DNA of 64,000 nucleotides from a virus (IMGVR_UViG_3300037418_003165:1-64000), one strand, 5' to 3'; shown: positions 27,240 to 35,924, counted from the stretch's first letter. The notes: generated by a model from the letters alone, not told the origin. Translations and numbers: made by a program.

Positions 27240-27419
27240 ATGGCGTTACAGGTTGGATCGCGGGTCAAGCTCATCGAGGGCGGGGTGTCGGTGTTCCGCA
27301 TCGTGGAGATGGAGGCCGACGGTGATCCCACTCATGTGGTCGTGGAACCAGTTGAGGATGCGCCGGGCGGGTACCCATTCCCGACACCGATCCAGCACCT
27401 GGTGCTCGTCGACGAGTAA
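27240..27419 (+). CDS. Small hypothetical protein (59 aa), absent from the ORF track because it is below 60 aa.
   Basis: ATG 27240 to TAA 27417-27419. MALQVGSRVKLIEGGVSVFRIVEMEADGDPTHVVVEPVEDAPGGYPFPTPIQHLVLVDE. GC3-biased. Confidence 0.4.
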   Translation: MALQVGSRVKLIEGGVSVFRIVEMEADGDPTHVVVEPVEDAPGGYPFPTPIQHLVLVDE

Positions 27420-27481
27420 CTTGGTATCGGTTCGGATGGATGTTCCGGCCTCAGATCGCCATGACGACAGAGGAGCATCCA

Positions 27482-27727
27482 ATGCAGAACATCACGATCG
27501 GCCGATACCGGGCCAACGAGGCCACCGCCGTGCGCATCCGATGCGATGCCGGCGGGAATGAACTTGGTCGCGAAGATTTCCAGGCCCACGCTGGGTGGAT
27601 CGAAGGCGTACGCGACGACGGCAGTCGCTGGATCATGTACACGGACGCCGCCGGCTCCCCGCAGATCTTTTGGCCGCACCGAGGCGACGACGGCGCCGTG
27701 CGCGGCGTCCCGGTCGAACTGGATTGA
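27482..27727 (+). CDS. Hypothetical protein.
   Basis: GAGGAG sits 9 nt upstream of ATG 27482. In frame with listed ORF 27440..27727. Confidence 0.45.
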   Translation: MQNITIGRYRANEATAVRIRCDAGGNELGREDFQAHAGWIEGVRDDGSRWIMYTDAAGSPQIFWPHRGDDGAVRGVPVELD

Positions 27728-27795
27728 GCACAGAAACGAAATGGCCGCCCCGGCAACCGGGGCGGCCATTCTGCGTACTGGGGGACCGTCTCGCC

Positions 27796-28035
27796 CTACT
27801 GGGGGGTGGTCGGCGCGGTCGTGCCGCCGGACGCGCTGCCGCTCGTCAACGCTCGGACCACGGCGTTACCCAGGTTCGCGCTACCGCTCGTGGCGGGGTC
27901 GGGGGTTGTCGTGCCGTCGACGGCGACAGCGGCTGGCGCGGGCTCGAGAGGAATGCCGGCCTGGGCGACAGTGGCGCTGGCCCCGATCACGGCAACAGCG
28001 GAGAAAGCGATAGCGGCAAAACGGGTGATGCTCAC
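27796..28035 (-). CDS. Small secreted Ala/Thr-rich protein with a signal peptide.
   Basis: GTG start with a GGAGA RBS. N-terminus SITRFAAIAFSAVAVIGASATVAQA. Confidence 0.5.
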   Translation of the reverse strand: MSITRFAAIAFSAVAVIGASATVAQAGIPLEPAPAAVAVDGTTTPDPATSGSANLGNAVVRALTSGSASGGTTAPTTPQ

Positions 28036-28152
28036 AAATTCTCCTAGCTCGATTTGTTGTGATGACGTCCTTGCATCGTTCACAGCATGAAAAACGTTAC
28101 TACCAGCGGATTTGCGGGATTCGCTCTGAAAGACTCGCTGTCGCAGGTGGTC

Positions 28153-28434
28153 TCACGCCTCTGCTGGCGGCGTGCCGCCGCGTTGGAACACATCTCGCAG
28201 ACCGGCGTCCAGATCCAGACGACCGCGGAGGTCCTCGATGAAGTCCGCGTGTTTCGCGGCCAGCCACGCATCGATCTCCGCCGTTTCCTCGGTCAGCTCG
28301 GCGCTTGCCGCGGGATCAGCTTGCACACGTTCGAACATCTGCTGGAATTCCGTCCACAGGCGTTCCGTCGTCTTCGGGGCGACAGGTCGGAGCAGCATGC
28401 GCGCGATCTCGTCCTTGTCCTCCTGAAACGTCAT
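28153..28434 (-). CDS. Hypothetical protein.
   Basis: 93 aa. Its ATG sits 6 nt after the stop of the upstream minus-strand gene. Confidence 0.5.
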   Translation of the reverse strand: MTFQEDKDEIARMLLRPVAPKTTERLWTEFQQMFERVQADPAASAELTEETAEIDAWLAAKHADFIEDLRGRLDLDAGLRDVFQRGGTPPAEA

Positions 28435-28439
28435 GCTGA

Positions 28440-28694
28440 TCAGGCCTTGTCCTCGGGAAAGAGATGGGAGTAGTGCGTACGGATGGTGCTTCCGAGGCCG
28501 CCGCCCGGCATGTCGGTGACTTCCAGAACGATGAGGGGCTCGGCGCGGTCACGGAAGTAGAAGACGTCCCTCACGATGAAGTCGCCCTCCGGCAGGACGA
28601 TCGTCTCCGCGCGGCGCGGGAGTGGCCACTCGCCGGGCCAGTCGATGTCGAACGATTGTCCGTAATGGTTTATGTCGTGGATGCGGAGCTTCAC
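28440..28694 (-). CDS. Hypothetical protein.
   Basis: GTG start with a GAAGGG RBS. VKLRIHDINHYGQSFDIDW... Confidence 0.45.
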   Translation of the reverse strand: MKLRIHDINHYGQSFDIDWPGEWPLPRRAETIVLPEGDFIVRDVFYFRDRAEPLIVLEVTDMPGGGLGSTIRTHYSHLFPEDKA

Positions 28695-28906
28695 GATTCG
28701 ATAGCCCTTCCGGGACGGTTGGCAGTCAGTGACGATTTCTCGCGGTGGAGCAGGTCTCGAATGTAGGGGGGCAGCCCGTGGGGGAGACGCCATTGTCTCC
28801 CCGCTCGGATGCTTGCGGGTTGGATCCGCGGACTGCTCGGGTGGATATCGGTGACCGGTCGTGTCCCGGCCCGGAGTCGAACCGGGCCGCGCACCATGCG
28901 GGACGA

Positions 28907-29209
28907 TCAGGCTTCGCGCGCCTCTTCGGCGTCGTCGAGCGATGCGCCGAGCGCGTTGATCGCGGCGCGGAAGTGGGGGTGCCGCGAGGAGTGCTTGTCG
29001 GGGCGTTCGAGGAAGTAGACGATCTCGCCGATGCTCTGCGAGCGGAGCCGGCCGAGGTATTCACCGTCGCGGTCGCGGGTGATGCGCTGCCACCCGTCCT
29101 CGTCGTAGCGGTCGAGCAGGATCGTTTCGGCGATGTAGGGCCCGCGGTGGCGCAGCATGGCCGCGCGGACCGGGTAGAGGTCGGTCGTACCGGCTTCGAT
29201 ATCAGACAT
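28907..29209 (-). CDS. Hypothetical protein.
   Basis: CAGGAGAA RBS 5 nt upstream of the ATG. Confidence 0.55.
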   Translation of the reverse strand: MSDIEAGTTDLYPVRAAMLRHRGPYIAETILLDRYDEDGWQRITRDRDGEYLGRLRSQSIGEIVYFLERPDKHSSRHPHFRAAINALGASLDDAEEAREA

Positions 29210-29235
29210 CGGGTTCTCCTGAGAGGGAATGGGTT

Positions 29236-29481
29236 TCAGACTGCGACGGGGGCGGTGACGGTGACGTCCTGCCAGTTGCCGTGGCGGGTCGAGGCCCGGA
29301 TGATCTCGCCGTCGGCGTTCAGGCGGAGCAACAGCACCACTTCCTGCCCGCGGTCGTTGCGCGTCCGGGCGAGCGACGCGAACTCGTACTCGGGGCCTTC
29401 GGTGATCGTGTAGCGGCGGCCGCCGTAGTGGATGACCTGGCCGACGTAGTGGTCCGCGGGCTTGAGATCCGGCTTCGTCAT
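29236..29481 (-). CDS. Hypothetical protein. First gene of the minus-strand operon.
   Basis: GAAGGAGG RBS, then ATG (MTKPDLK...). Confidence 0.55.
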   Translation of the reverse strand: MTKPDLKPADHYVGQVIHYGGRRYTITEGPEYEFASLARTRNDRGQEVVLLLRLNADGEIIRASTRHGNWQDVTVTAPVAV

Positions 29482-29498
29482 GTGCGCCTCCTTCATCG

Positions 29499-29580
29499 GG
29501 TGTACGTACACCTTAGCGTTGGGTGTACGTACACCGCAAGCTTGATAGGCTACCAATTTGTACGTACACCCCAGCGGCCG
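29499..29580. promoter_or_regulatory. Three copies of palindromic operator GGTGTACGTACACC in the divergent intergenic region.
   Basis: Copies at 29499-29512 and 29522-29535 are exact. The copy at 29567-29580 (tTTGTACGTACACC) deviates in its left flank. Confidence 0.7.
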
Positions 29581-29591
29581 AAGGAACACTC

Positions 29592-29789
29592 ATGCCGGAC
29601 CAACCCAAAACGCAGCACCGCTCGGTGCGCGTGCCGGATGACGATTGGATAGACCTCGAAACAGCTTCCGCCAGTGCGGGTTCCGACCGCGCCAAAGTGA
29701 TCAACTTGTTGATTCGCTGGTATTTGCGGCGGCCCGGCGCGAAGCTTCCGCCGCGTCCGCCAGCGGGCAATCGTGAAGGCGGCGGGTGA
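29592..29789 (+). CDS. Ribbon-helix-helix (Arc/CopG-like) DNA-binding protein, the likely operator-binding regulator.
   Basis: N-terminal RSVRVPDDDWIDLE beta-strand followed by helices. GAAGGA RBS. Confidence 0.6.
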   Translation: MPDQPKTQHRSVRVPDDDWIDLETASASAGSDRAKVINLLIRWYLRRPGAKLPPRPPAGNREGGG

Positions 29790-30277
29790 CGGCCGTGCGC
29801 GCCGCTCATGCCAAGCCGCGAGGGAGGCCATGTGCCCACCGGCGCTATCGGCTGACCTGTGAGGAATACGAGCAACTTCGACGGTGGTCTGGCGATTGCT
29901 GCCAACTGTGCGGAATCGCGCCGCAGGACACGTCTCATGGCTTCTTATCGATCGACCACGACGATCGGTGGGGCAGTTGGGCCGTCCGCGGGCTGCTGTG
30001 CTGCTCGTGCAATACCTGGACCGTTCCGTGTGATGGACAATCGCCCGAGGTGCGCCGATACCTCCGGAATGCGTGGTACTTGAAGATGCTGGCGGAAAGG
30101 GGGCTCGCGGTTGCGGTCCCGCCCGAGCCGCGCGAGGGCGCGACGGTCGTATGGGGCAGAAGGCGTTGGACCCGGAGGCGAGCCAGCTGGATCGCTCACG
30201 ACAGGTTGGCCGGCGGCCGGACAACCTGGGCCGGTCTGTACCGGCGATATGGCCCCTGCGAATTGGAGATTCTGTGA
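29786..30277 (+). CDS. Endonuclease VII-like / HNH-family nuclease.
   Basis: CQLCG...IDHDDRWGSWAVRGLLCCSCN fits the Endonuclease_7 motif pattern. Confidence 0.6.
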   Translation: MTAVRAAHAKPRGRPCAHRRYRLTCEEYEQLRRWSGDCCQLCGIAPQDTSHGFLSIDHDDRWGSWAVRGLLCCSCNTWTVPCDGQSPEVRRYLRNAWYLKMLAERGLAVAVPPEPREGATVVWGRRRWTRRRASWIAHDRLAGGRTTWAGLYRRYGPCELEIL

Positions 30278-30528
30278 TGACGGATAACGCCTATGCAGCC
30301 GAGCGTGTGCAGGTTCGGTGCGTACTGGTCTTCGGCAGTGGGCCGGATGCGCGAGCGGAGCTGGAGACGCCGTGGCATCCGGTGCGGGACCCGATGGCGG
30401 TGCGCGCCGGTGATATCGCCGACCAGGCCGGCCTTCCGGTGGGGGAGTTGCCGGGGCGGCGGTTCTGGGCGGTGGGCAACGCCGAGGGTTTGAGTGGGTT
30501 TGAACTGGTGGACGATCCGCGAAAATAG
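30277..30528 (+). CDS. Hypothetical protein.
   Basis: ATGA overlap. Confidence 0.45.
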   Translation: MTDNAYAAERVQVRCVLVFGSGPDARAELETPWHPVRDPMAVRAGDIADQAGLPVGELPGRRFWAVGNAEGLSGFELVDDPRK

Positions 30529-30529
30529 A

Positions 30530-30618
30530 TGTTGCAAAACATGTGCCGTGTGTTGTAAAGTATGAAGTGTCGGAAGGGGGTCGGACCCCGACCGGCAGCA
30601 GTTTGACAACACAACAAT
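30530..30618 (+). promoter_or_regulatory. Repeated promoter-leader element, copy A.
   Basis: -35 TTGCAA, 18-nt spacer, -10 TAAAGT, then a GC-rich structured leader. About 89 bp, identical to copy B except in the spacer. Confidence 0.5.
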
Positions 30619-30633
30619 GAAAGGAAGCTCACG

Positions 30634-31014
30634 ATGAGCGAACGTTGGGACATGTTCAGCGCCGGACTCATTACGAATCTGGCGGGAATCGTGAAAGTCC
30701 TTGGGATGCTCCCCATTCCGATCGAAGTCAAGATCGAACCAGGTGGCGGAGACGAGATCGCGGACCTGGTCCGAGCTCAGAAGCTCCTCCAGGAAATCCC
30801 GATGCACGACATCCTGCGGGCCGCCTGCAACACGGCGATCCTGGACTGGATGACCGGCGTCACCCTCGGCTCGTTCGCTGACAGGCTCAGCGAGGATGAC
30901 GAGGATTGGGACTGGATGGTCGCCAGCGGCATCATCCAGATGCACCGGTGCCGAGACGAAATCGAGCTGGCGCTCGGAATTCTCTCCGGCAAGGTGGAGA
31001 TCGAGGAGGAGTGA
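30634..31014 (+). CDS. Hypothetical protein (paralog of 31698..32066).
   Basis: AAAGGAAG RBS. Similarity blocks with 31698..32066 (LPIPIEVKIEPGG vs PPIALPVFEPG). Confidence 0.55.
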   Translation: MSERWDMFSAGLITNLAGIVKVLGMLPIPIEVKIEPGGGDEIADLVRAQKLLQEIPMHDILRAACNTAILDWMTGVTLGSFADRLSEDDEDWDWMVASGIIQMHRCRDEIELALGILSGKVEIEEE

Positions 31015-31022
31015 CAAACACC

Positions 31023-31052
31023 GAGGGCCCGGCGAACACTCGCCGGGCCCTC
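31023..31052 (+). terminator. Perfect 12-bp GC hairpin (gagggcccggcg-aacact-cgccgggccctc).
   Basis: Lies immediately after the stop at 31014. Confidence 0.55.
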
Positions 31053-31171
31053 GGCCTCTCGGGTGGGCGTAACGCCCCCATGTGAAGTCTGGGGCCGGAA
31101 GGGCGGGCCGAAGCCCAAAGTCGGAACCCCACCGGCCAGCAGTTTGACCAACTCGAAAGGAGGTCGCCGAC

Positions 31172-31582
31172 ATGGTAGCGCGATCGAAGAACGAAACGCC
31201 AGGGCGCGTCATCGCGCCGGAAATTGCTGAGCGGTACGGCCGCGAGCTTTCGACCGTTCAGCGGCAGTGGATGGCCAGCAGCGTGTGGCCTGCAGCGGTC
31301 GGCAAACGTGGTCGCTGGAACGTGTTCGACGCCGACGCGGTCGATCGCATCGTGCGCGAGCACTTCATTCGCCCCACCGCGACAGCCGGCCGTCCGGACG
31401 ACCTCCTGACAGTGGCCGAAATTGCCGAGTACACGGGGCTGAGCGCATCGACGATCCGCTCGGACATCTCGCGCGGGCGTATCCAGCGCGACCCAGACGA
31501 CGAGTCCGACGGGGTGAAGCGGTGGAGGCGCGCGACGATCGATGCGGCGATGGCCGGACGTCAGCGGTACAGGCACCGCTGA
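31172..31582 (+). CDS. Helix-turn-helix DNA-binding protein (excisionase/MerR-like).
   Basis: LLTVAEIAEYTGLSASTIRSDISRG. AAAGGAGG RBS. Confidence 0.55.
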   Translation: MVARSKNETPGRVIAPEIAERYGRELSTVQRQWMASSVWPAAVGKRGRWNVFDADAVDRIVREHFIRPTATAGRPDDLLTVAEIAEYTGLSASTIRSDISRGRIQRDPDDESDGVKRWRRATIDAAMAGRQRYRHR

Positions 31583-31600
31583 AAATTCTCCCCAAAGAAG

Positions 31601-31688
31601 TGTTGCAAAACATGTCTCCAATGTTGTAAAGTATGAAGTGTCGGAAGGGGGTCGGACCCCGACCGGCAGCAGTTTGACAACACAACAA
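31601..31688 (+). promoter_or_regulatory. Repeated promoter-leader element, copy B.
   Basis: Identical to copy A except for the 8-nt -35/-10 spacer. Confidence 0.5.
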
Positions 31689-31697
31689 AGGAGCATC

Positions 31698-32066
31698 ATG
31701 AACCATGATGAGAGGCGCCGCGAGATCGGCAAGCGCATCACCTACGGGTGGGTGCTGATGTGCAAGATCTTCGCTTTGCTCACCCCGCCGATCGCCCTTC
31801 CGGTATTCGAGCCGGGCAACCTGCCCCAGCTCGAGGAGGCCGCGGTTCGGGCCCGGGCCCTGGTCAAGGACCTTCCGCTGGACGCGGAAACCACCGGCCT
31901 GCTCGACCTGGGGCTACTCGAATGGCTCACAGCGGTCGCGCTGTGCAAGTTCGAGTCCTACGGGCCGTACGAGCATCTGCTGGACGCGGCGACGCACTCG
32001 CTGATCCGGCACTCGCTGATCATGCAGGACGTGGGCGAGAAGTTCGATTGGTTCCCCGAGAGCTGA
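31698..32066 (+). CDS. Hypothetical protein (paralog of 30634..31014).
   Basis: AAGGAG RBS. Confidence 0.5.
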   Translation: MNHDERRREIGKRITYGWVLMCKIFALLTPPIALPVFEPGNLPQLEEAAVRARALVKDLPLDAETTGLLDLGLLEWLTAVALCKFESYGPYEHLLDAATHSLIRHSLIMQDVGEKFDWFPES

Positions 32067-32260
32067 TCTAACGCCAGGGGGTCGCTGGCCAGCGCGAAGC
32101 TGGTCAGCGACCCCCGTTCTCGTTCACCGGCCGATACGGAAACCCCAGGTCGCAGCACGCACCGCTTGACGCGGTGGCCGATTGGATGGTGGATTGCTGC
32201 GTGTAACCGACAGATGATCTTGACCGAGCGCGGAAGCGCAGATGGAATGGTGATGTCGAC

Positions 32261-33040
32261 ATGCCGCAAGATTCCAGACCTCTGAGATTCACCAGCGCCG
32301 CCGACGCGCTCACCGGTGACCGCGTGATCTGCGGCGAAGCCCGCGACATCATGGCCCGGCTGCCGTCCGGATCATTCGATGCCCTGATCACCGACCCGCC
32401 CTACTGCTCCGGCGGCACCACGACCAGCGAACGCACCACCCGCAGCGCGGTCGAGAAATACGTCTCCTCCGACTCGGTGAGCGGCAAGGCCATGCCCGAC
32501 TTCCCGGACCAGCGCGACCAGCGCGCATTCACCCTCTGGTCGTCGTTCTGGCTGACCGACGCCCTACGCCTCGTCCGCCCCGGCGGCCAGGCGCTCGTTT
32601 TCACCGACTGGCGGCAGCTACCTGCATTGAGCGACGCGCTGCAGGTCGCCGGGTGGCGCTGGCGCGGAATCGTAGTGTGGCGCAAGCCCGCCGCCCGCCC
32701 GCAGCCCGGCTTCAAGAACGAATCGGAATACATCCTGTGGGCGTCCAACGGGCAGCTGGACGCCGACCACAAGCCGCCATGCCTCCCTGGCGTCTACAGC
32801 TACTCCGCGCCGAAAGGCCGCAAGCGCCAGCACATCACGGCCAAGCCGGTCGAGCTGATGCGCGACCTCGTGCGCACCGTCCAGCCCGACGGCCTGATCC
32901 TGGACCCGTTCGCCGGCTCCGGCACCACCGGCGTCGCAGCGCGCGCCGAAGGCCGGCGGTTCCTGTGCATCGAAGGCACACCGGAATACAGCCAGATATC
33001 GGCCGTGCGACTCGCCGATCCCGACTCCGCCGCCGCGTAG
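32261..33040 (+). CDS. DNA methyltransferase (N6-adenine/N4-cytosine, beta-class).
   Basis: DPPY motif (ITDPPYCSGG) precedes the FxGxG motif (DPFAGSGTT). Confidence 0.75.
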   Translation: MPQDSRPLRFTSAADALTGDRVICGEARDIMARLPSGSFDALITDPPYCSGGTTTSERTTRSAVEKYVSSDSVSGKAMPDFPDQRDQRAFTLWSSFWLTDALRLVRPGGQALVFTDWRQLPALSDALQVAGWRWRGIVVWRKPAARPQPGFKNESEYILWASNGQLDADHKPPCLPGVYSYSAPKGRKRQHITAKPVELMRDLVRTVQPDGLILDPFAGSGTTGVAARAEGRRFLCIEGTPEYSQISAVRLADPDSAAA

Positions 33041-33138
33041 CCGCGACCGGGATAAACTGAGCACGCTTTCTCAACAGGTATTGCTGCCGCAAGAACTGCT
33101 GTGAGCATCCGGCCTCCCCCCCGCTGGATGAACACAGC

Positions 33139-33178
33139 CAACGAGCCCCGGGCGCGTCACCGCTCCCGGGGCTCGTTG
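33139..33178 (+). terminator. 14-bp perfect hairpin (caacgagccccggg...cccggggctcgttg).
   Basis: Read directly in the 500-bp intergenic region after the methyltransferase gene. Confidence 0.5.
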
Positions 33179-33235
33179 CTGCGATACCCTGAGATCCTCC
33201 TTACGGGGAGAGCGCGGAACGGGTGAGTCGATCCG

Positions 33236-33288
33236 TATCCCGTGGCCGTTGCCTCGGATCCAGTCTCGATCGGCGGCCACGGGATACG
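33236..33288. repeat. 14-bp perfect inverted repeat (gtatcccgtggccg...cggccacgggatac) with a 24-nt spacer.
   Basis: Read directly. Confidence 0.45.
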
Positions 33289-33539
33289 CCGCCCGACATC
33301 CCTATCCGGCCCACTTCCGGTCGACATTTCCAGCTTCTCTGCAGCGATATCGTCGGGTGCGCCGTCCGGCGTTTACCCGTCTTGATTCGTACTCTGTGAA
33401 TCATGGGCAATTCGGTCGAAATACTCGGTGTCGCAAGGCGGCTCACGGCTCTCCGCTCTACCCGTCGGCGCTCCACCTTCGTCGGCGCGGCCGCGCGACC
33501 GATGGGAGCGGACACACCGCCGGGCCCGGCGGGGGCACG

Positions 33540-34184
33540 ATGACGGCCCGTCCCTGCGTCTACCCGAAATGCGGTGCGCCGAACGGTGATCCGGAACTCA
33601 CCAGCGACGGCGTATGCCAGTCCTGCCAGCGACGATTCACCAGGCTTCTCGGATGGCTCGTGATGGACTGGGTCAACATCCACGCCACCCTGCCGACACC
33701 GGCACGCCGGAACCAGCAGGAACGCCGCAACGTCCAGCAGAGCTTCGGGCACCCTGCCGAATGGGCATCCGACACCGCCGCCGATATCGCCGCGGTGCTG
33801 AACGAAGCCCACGACGGCCTCGCCGATCACCTACGGGAATCGCCGGCACCGAATCCCGCTGTCGCCGAGCAATACCGCGTTCGGGCCGCGTGGAACTACC
33901 TCGAGTGCCGGATCCCGGAACTGTCGCGGACCGACTTCGCCTACGACATCGCCGCCGAAATGCTCGACCTGCACGGCCGCATCCGCAGCCGGCTCGGCCT
34001 CACCCGCCCCCGGCAGATCCTGCCCACACCGTGCCCCGCATGCGAATTGCGGACGCTCTACCGCACGATCGATATCCGGCGCGACTACATCGAATGCGGT
34101 AGCTGCGGGCACGTAATCCGCGAGGAGCACTATCCCTTCTACACGCGAATGGTGCTCGATTTGATCATCGACGACGCCGCGTGA
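33540..34184 (+). CDS. Hypothetical zinc-finger protein.
   Basis: ATG 33540 in frame with listed ORF 33249..34184. Two CxxC pairs. Confidence 0.5.
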   Translation: MTARPCVYPKCGAPNGDPELTSDGVCQSCQRRFTRLLGWLVMDWVNIHATLPTPARRNQQERRNVQQSFGHPAEWASDTAADIAAVLNEAHDGLADHLRESPAPNPAVAEQYRVRAAWNYLECRIPELSRTDFAYDIAAEMLDLHGRIRSRLGLTRPRQILPTPCPACELRTLYRTIDIRRDYIECGSCGHVIREEHYPFYTRMVLDLIIDDAA

Positions 34185-34245
34185 CAGCTCTACCAGCGCG
34201 AAACATGTTACGTTGGTGCCAGTAGCACATTTGTGCCCCGATCCA

Positions 34246-34272
34246 GCCCCGGCAAATTCACCAATTGCCGGG
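34246..34272 (+). terminator. 9-bp hairpin (ccccggcaa-attcaccaa-ttgccgggg).
   Basis: Lies between the genes at 33540 and 34300. Confidence 0.35.
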
Positions 34273-34299
34273 GCTTCGCTGTGAAAGGGGTAGGTATTC

Positions 34300-34533
34300 A
34301 TGGCAGGCAAAGCCCTCAACGGCGTAGACGGGATCGAATCCCTCATCACCGCCACCCAAGCCGCCGAACTCTGCGGAGTCACCACCCAGTGCATCAGCAA
34401 CTGGGTCGCGCGCGGGATCCTCACCCAAGCCGGACTCGATGAGCGCGGCCGCAAGGTGTACAAGCTGATCGACGTCGCGAAAGCAGAACGCGCCACCCGC
34501 GATCACCCCGCCGCGCGCAGCCGCTGCGCCTGA
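34300..34533 (+). CDS. HTH DNA-binding protein (excisionase/AlpA-like).
   Basis: ITATQAAELCGVTTQCISNWVARGIL. AAAGGGG RBS. Confidence 0.55.
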   Translation: MAGKALNGVDGIESLITATQAAELCGVTTQCISNWVARGILTQAGLDERGRKVYKLIDVAKAERATRDHPAARSRCA

Positions 34534-34606
34534 CCATTCGGCGCACGTCCTCAACTAATCCGGACATCGCCCCAACTATCGCCAAATTCAGCCAAATTTT
34601 GGCGCA

Positions 34607-34897
34607 GTGGAGCGGCCCTCGCCGAGACCGGATAAGCACCCACCGAAAGGCACGGAAACGAGCGTGTCCTACTCCGATCCCTCCAGCGCCGCCGACCTCG
34701 AAAACCGGTTCGCCTACCACCCGGCGGCTACCCCCGAGCGCGGCGAAGCCCACCAGGCCGTCCGCGACGCCTGCCTCGGCCTCGCGCACTACCTCGATGA
34801 CGTCATCCCGCCCGGCCGCGAAAAGGCGCTCGCCTTGACCAACCTGGAACAGGTCATGTTCTGGGCCAACGGCGCAATCGCCCGCCAACCGGTATGA
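34607..34897 (+). CDS. Hypothetical protein.
   Basis: Listed ORF. The start may be the downstream GTG at 34664. Confidence 0.4.
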   Translation: MERPSPRPDKHPPKGTETSVSYSDPSSAADLENRFAYHPAATPERGEAHQAVRDACLGLAHYLDDVIPPGREKALALTNLEQVMFWANGAIARQPV

Positions 34898-35295
34898 CCC
34901 AAGTCGTCATCGGAGGAGGAGGCGGCGGGGGCGGCATCTCTGCCAGCCAGGCGGAATCGTTCTCCACCTGGATCCTCACCGGCAGCGCGATCGGCGCTGA
35001 GGGCATACAGCTGACGACCCCACCCGATACCCACATCCGCACGATGTGGGAAGTGCTCGACCAGAACGGTGACCTCTTCCACACCAGCTACAAGCCCACC
35101 GCGGCTGAAGCGGTCATCGAAGCGCGCGGAGCCCTCGAGGAACTGCGCGAGGGATGGGACCTGATCGAACGCCACGGCCACCGCTCCGGCCGTCACTATG
35201 TCCGTCTCACCGCGGTCCGCCGACGCACGATCACCACCACCACGGCCGTCGACGAAATGCAGCGAGTGTCCGACATTGACGGCAGCGCCCGATGA
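34894..35295 (+). CDS. Hypothetical protein with an N-terminal Gly8 run.
   Basis: ATGA overlap. GGA/GGC codon repeat at 34912-34935. Confidence 0.45.
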   Translation: MTQVVIGGGGGGGGISASQAESFSTWILTGSAIGAEGIQLTTPPDTHIRTMWEVLDQNGDLFHTSYKPTAAEAVIEARGALEELREGWDLIERHGHRSGRHYVRLTAVRRRTITTTTAVDEMQRVSDIDGSAR

Positions 35296-35537
35296 TCCTG
35301 CGCGAGCTGCTCGAGCTGCGCGACCGCGCGCACCTCTTCGCGATGCGGATCCTGATCCGCTACCTCGGCCTCTAGCGCTCACCGCGCGGCCGCCGAACCC
35401 ACCTTCACCACAATCACACCGGAGGCACCGATGGGCGCCCTGCTCGAACTGCTCCTCACCGCGGCATGGACCGGCAGCTCCGCCGGCGACTTCGCCATCC
35501 CGCGCGCGATGTTCCATCTCCTGGAGAGCCAGTCCGC

Positions 35538-35924
35538 GTGACGGGACTACTCGGAGACCTCGCCGAATCGGCGAAGGGCCCGAAAGCTCGAATCTGGGAT
35601 CCCTACTGCTCGCTGCTGTTCACCCTCGACGGCGTCGAAGTAGACGCGCCGTCGCCGTCGCGTCGTCTCGTGACCCTGCCGATCGCCCACCCGGTGGCCA
35701 AGTGGGCCCTCGAACTGGGGAACCGGCCGTCAGGCGCGGCGTTCCTGACCGTCGACGGTGAGTATCCCGACCGCTGGCTGGGGCCGCTCAAGGAATTTCG
35801 AACAGCCCGCGGGGCCGCGCACACATGCCCGACCTGCAACCAGGACAGCGCAGGCACCGTGCTCCAGCTGATCTGGGAACTACCGTCGTTCGCTCCCGGC
35901 TGGTGGCCGTGGATCCGACGCTGA
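35538..35924 (+). CDS. Hypothetical protein.
   Basis: GTG start in frame with listed ORF 35466..35924. Confidence 0.4.
   Translation: MTGLLGDLAESAKGPKARIWDPYCSLLFTLDGVEVDAPSPSRRLVTLPIAHPVAKWALELGNRPSGAAFLTVDGEYPDRWLGPLKEFRTARGAAHTCPTCNQDSAGTVLQLIWELPSFAPGWWPWIRR

Noticed and set aside
35292-35541. Two tiny ORFs (27 and 36 aa) between 35295 and 35538.
   Set aside because: They are too short to support without conservation data. Left unannotated.
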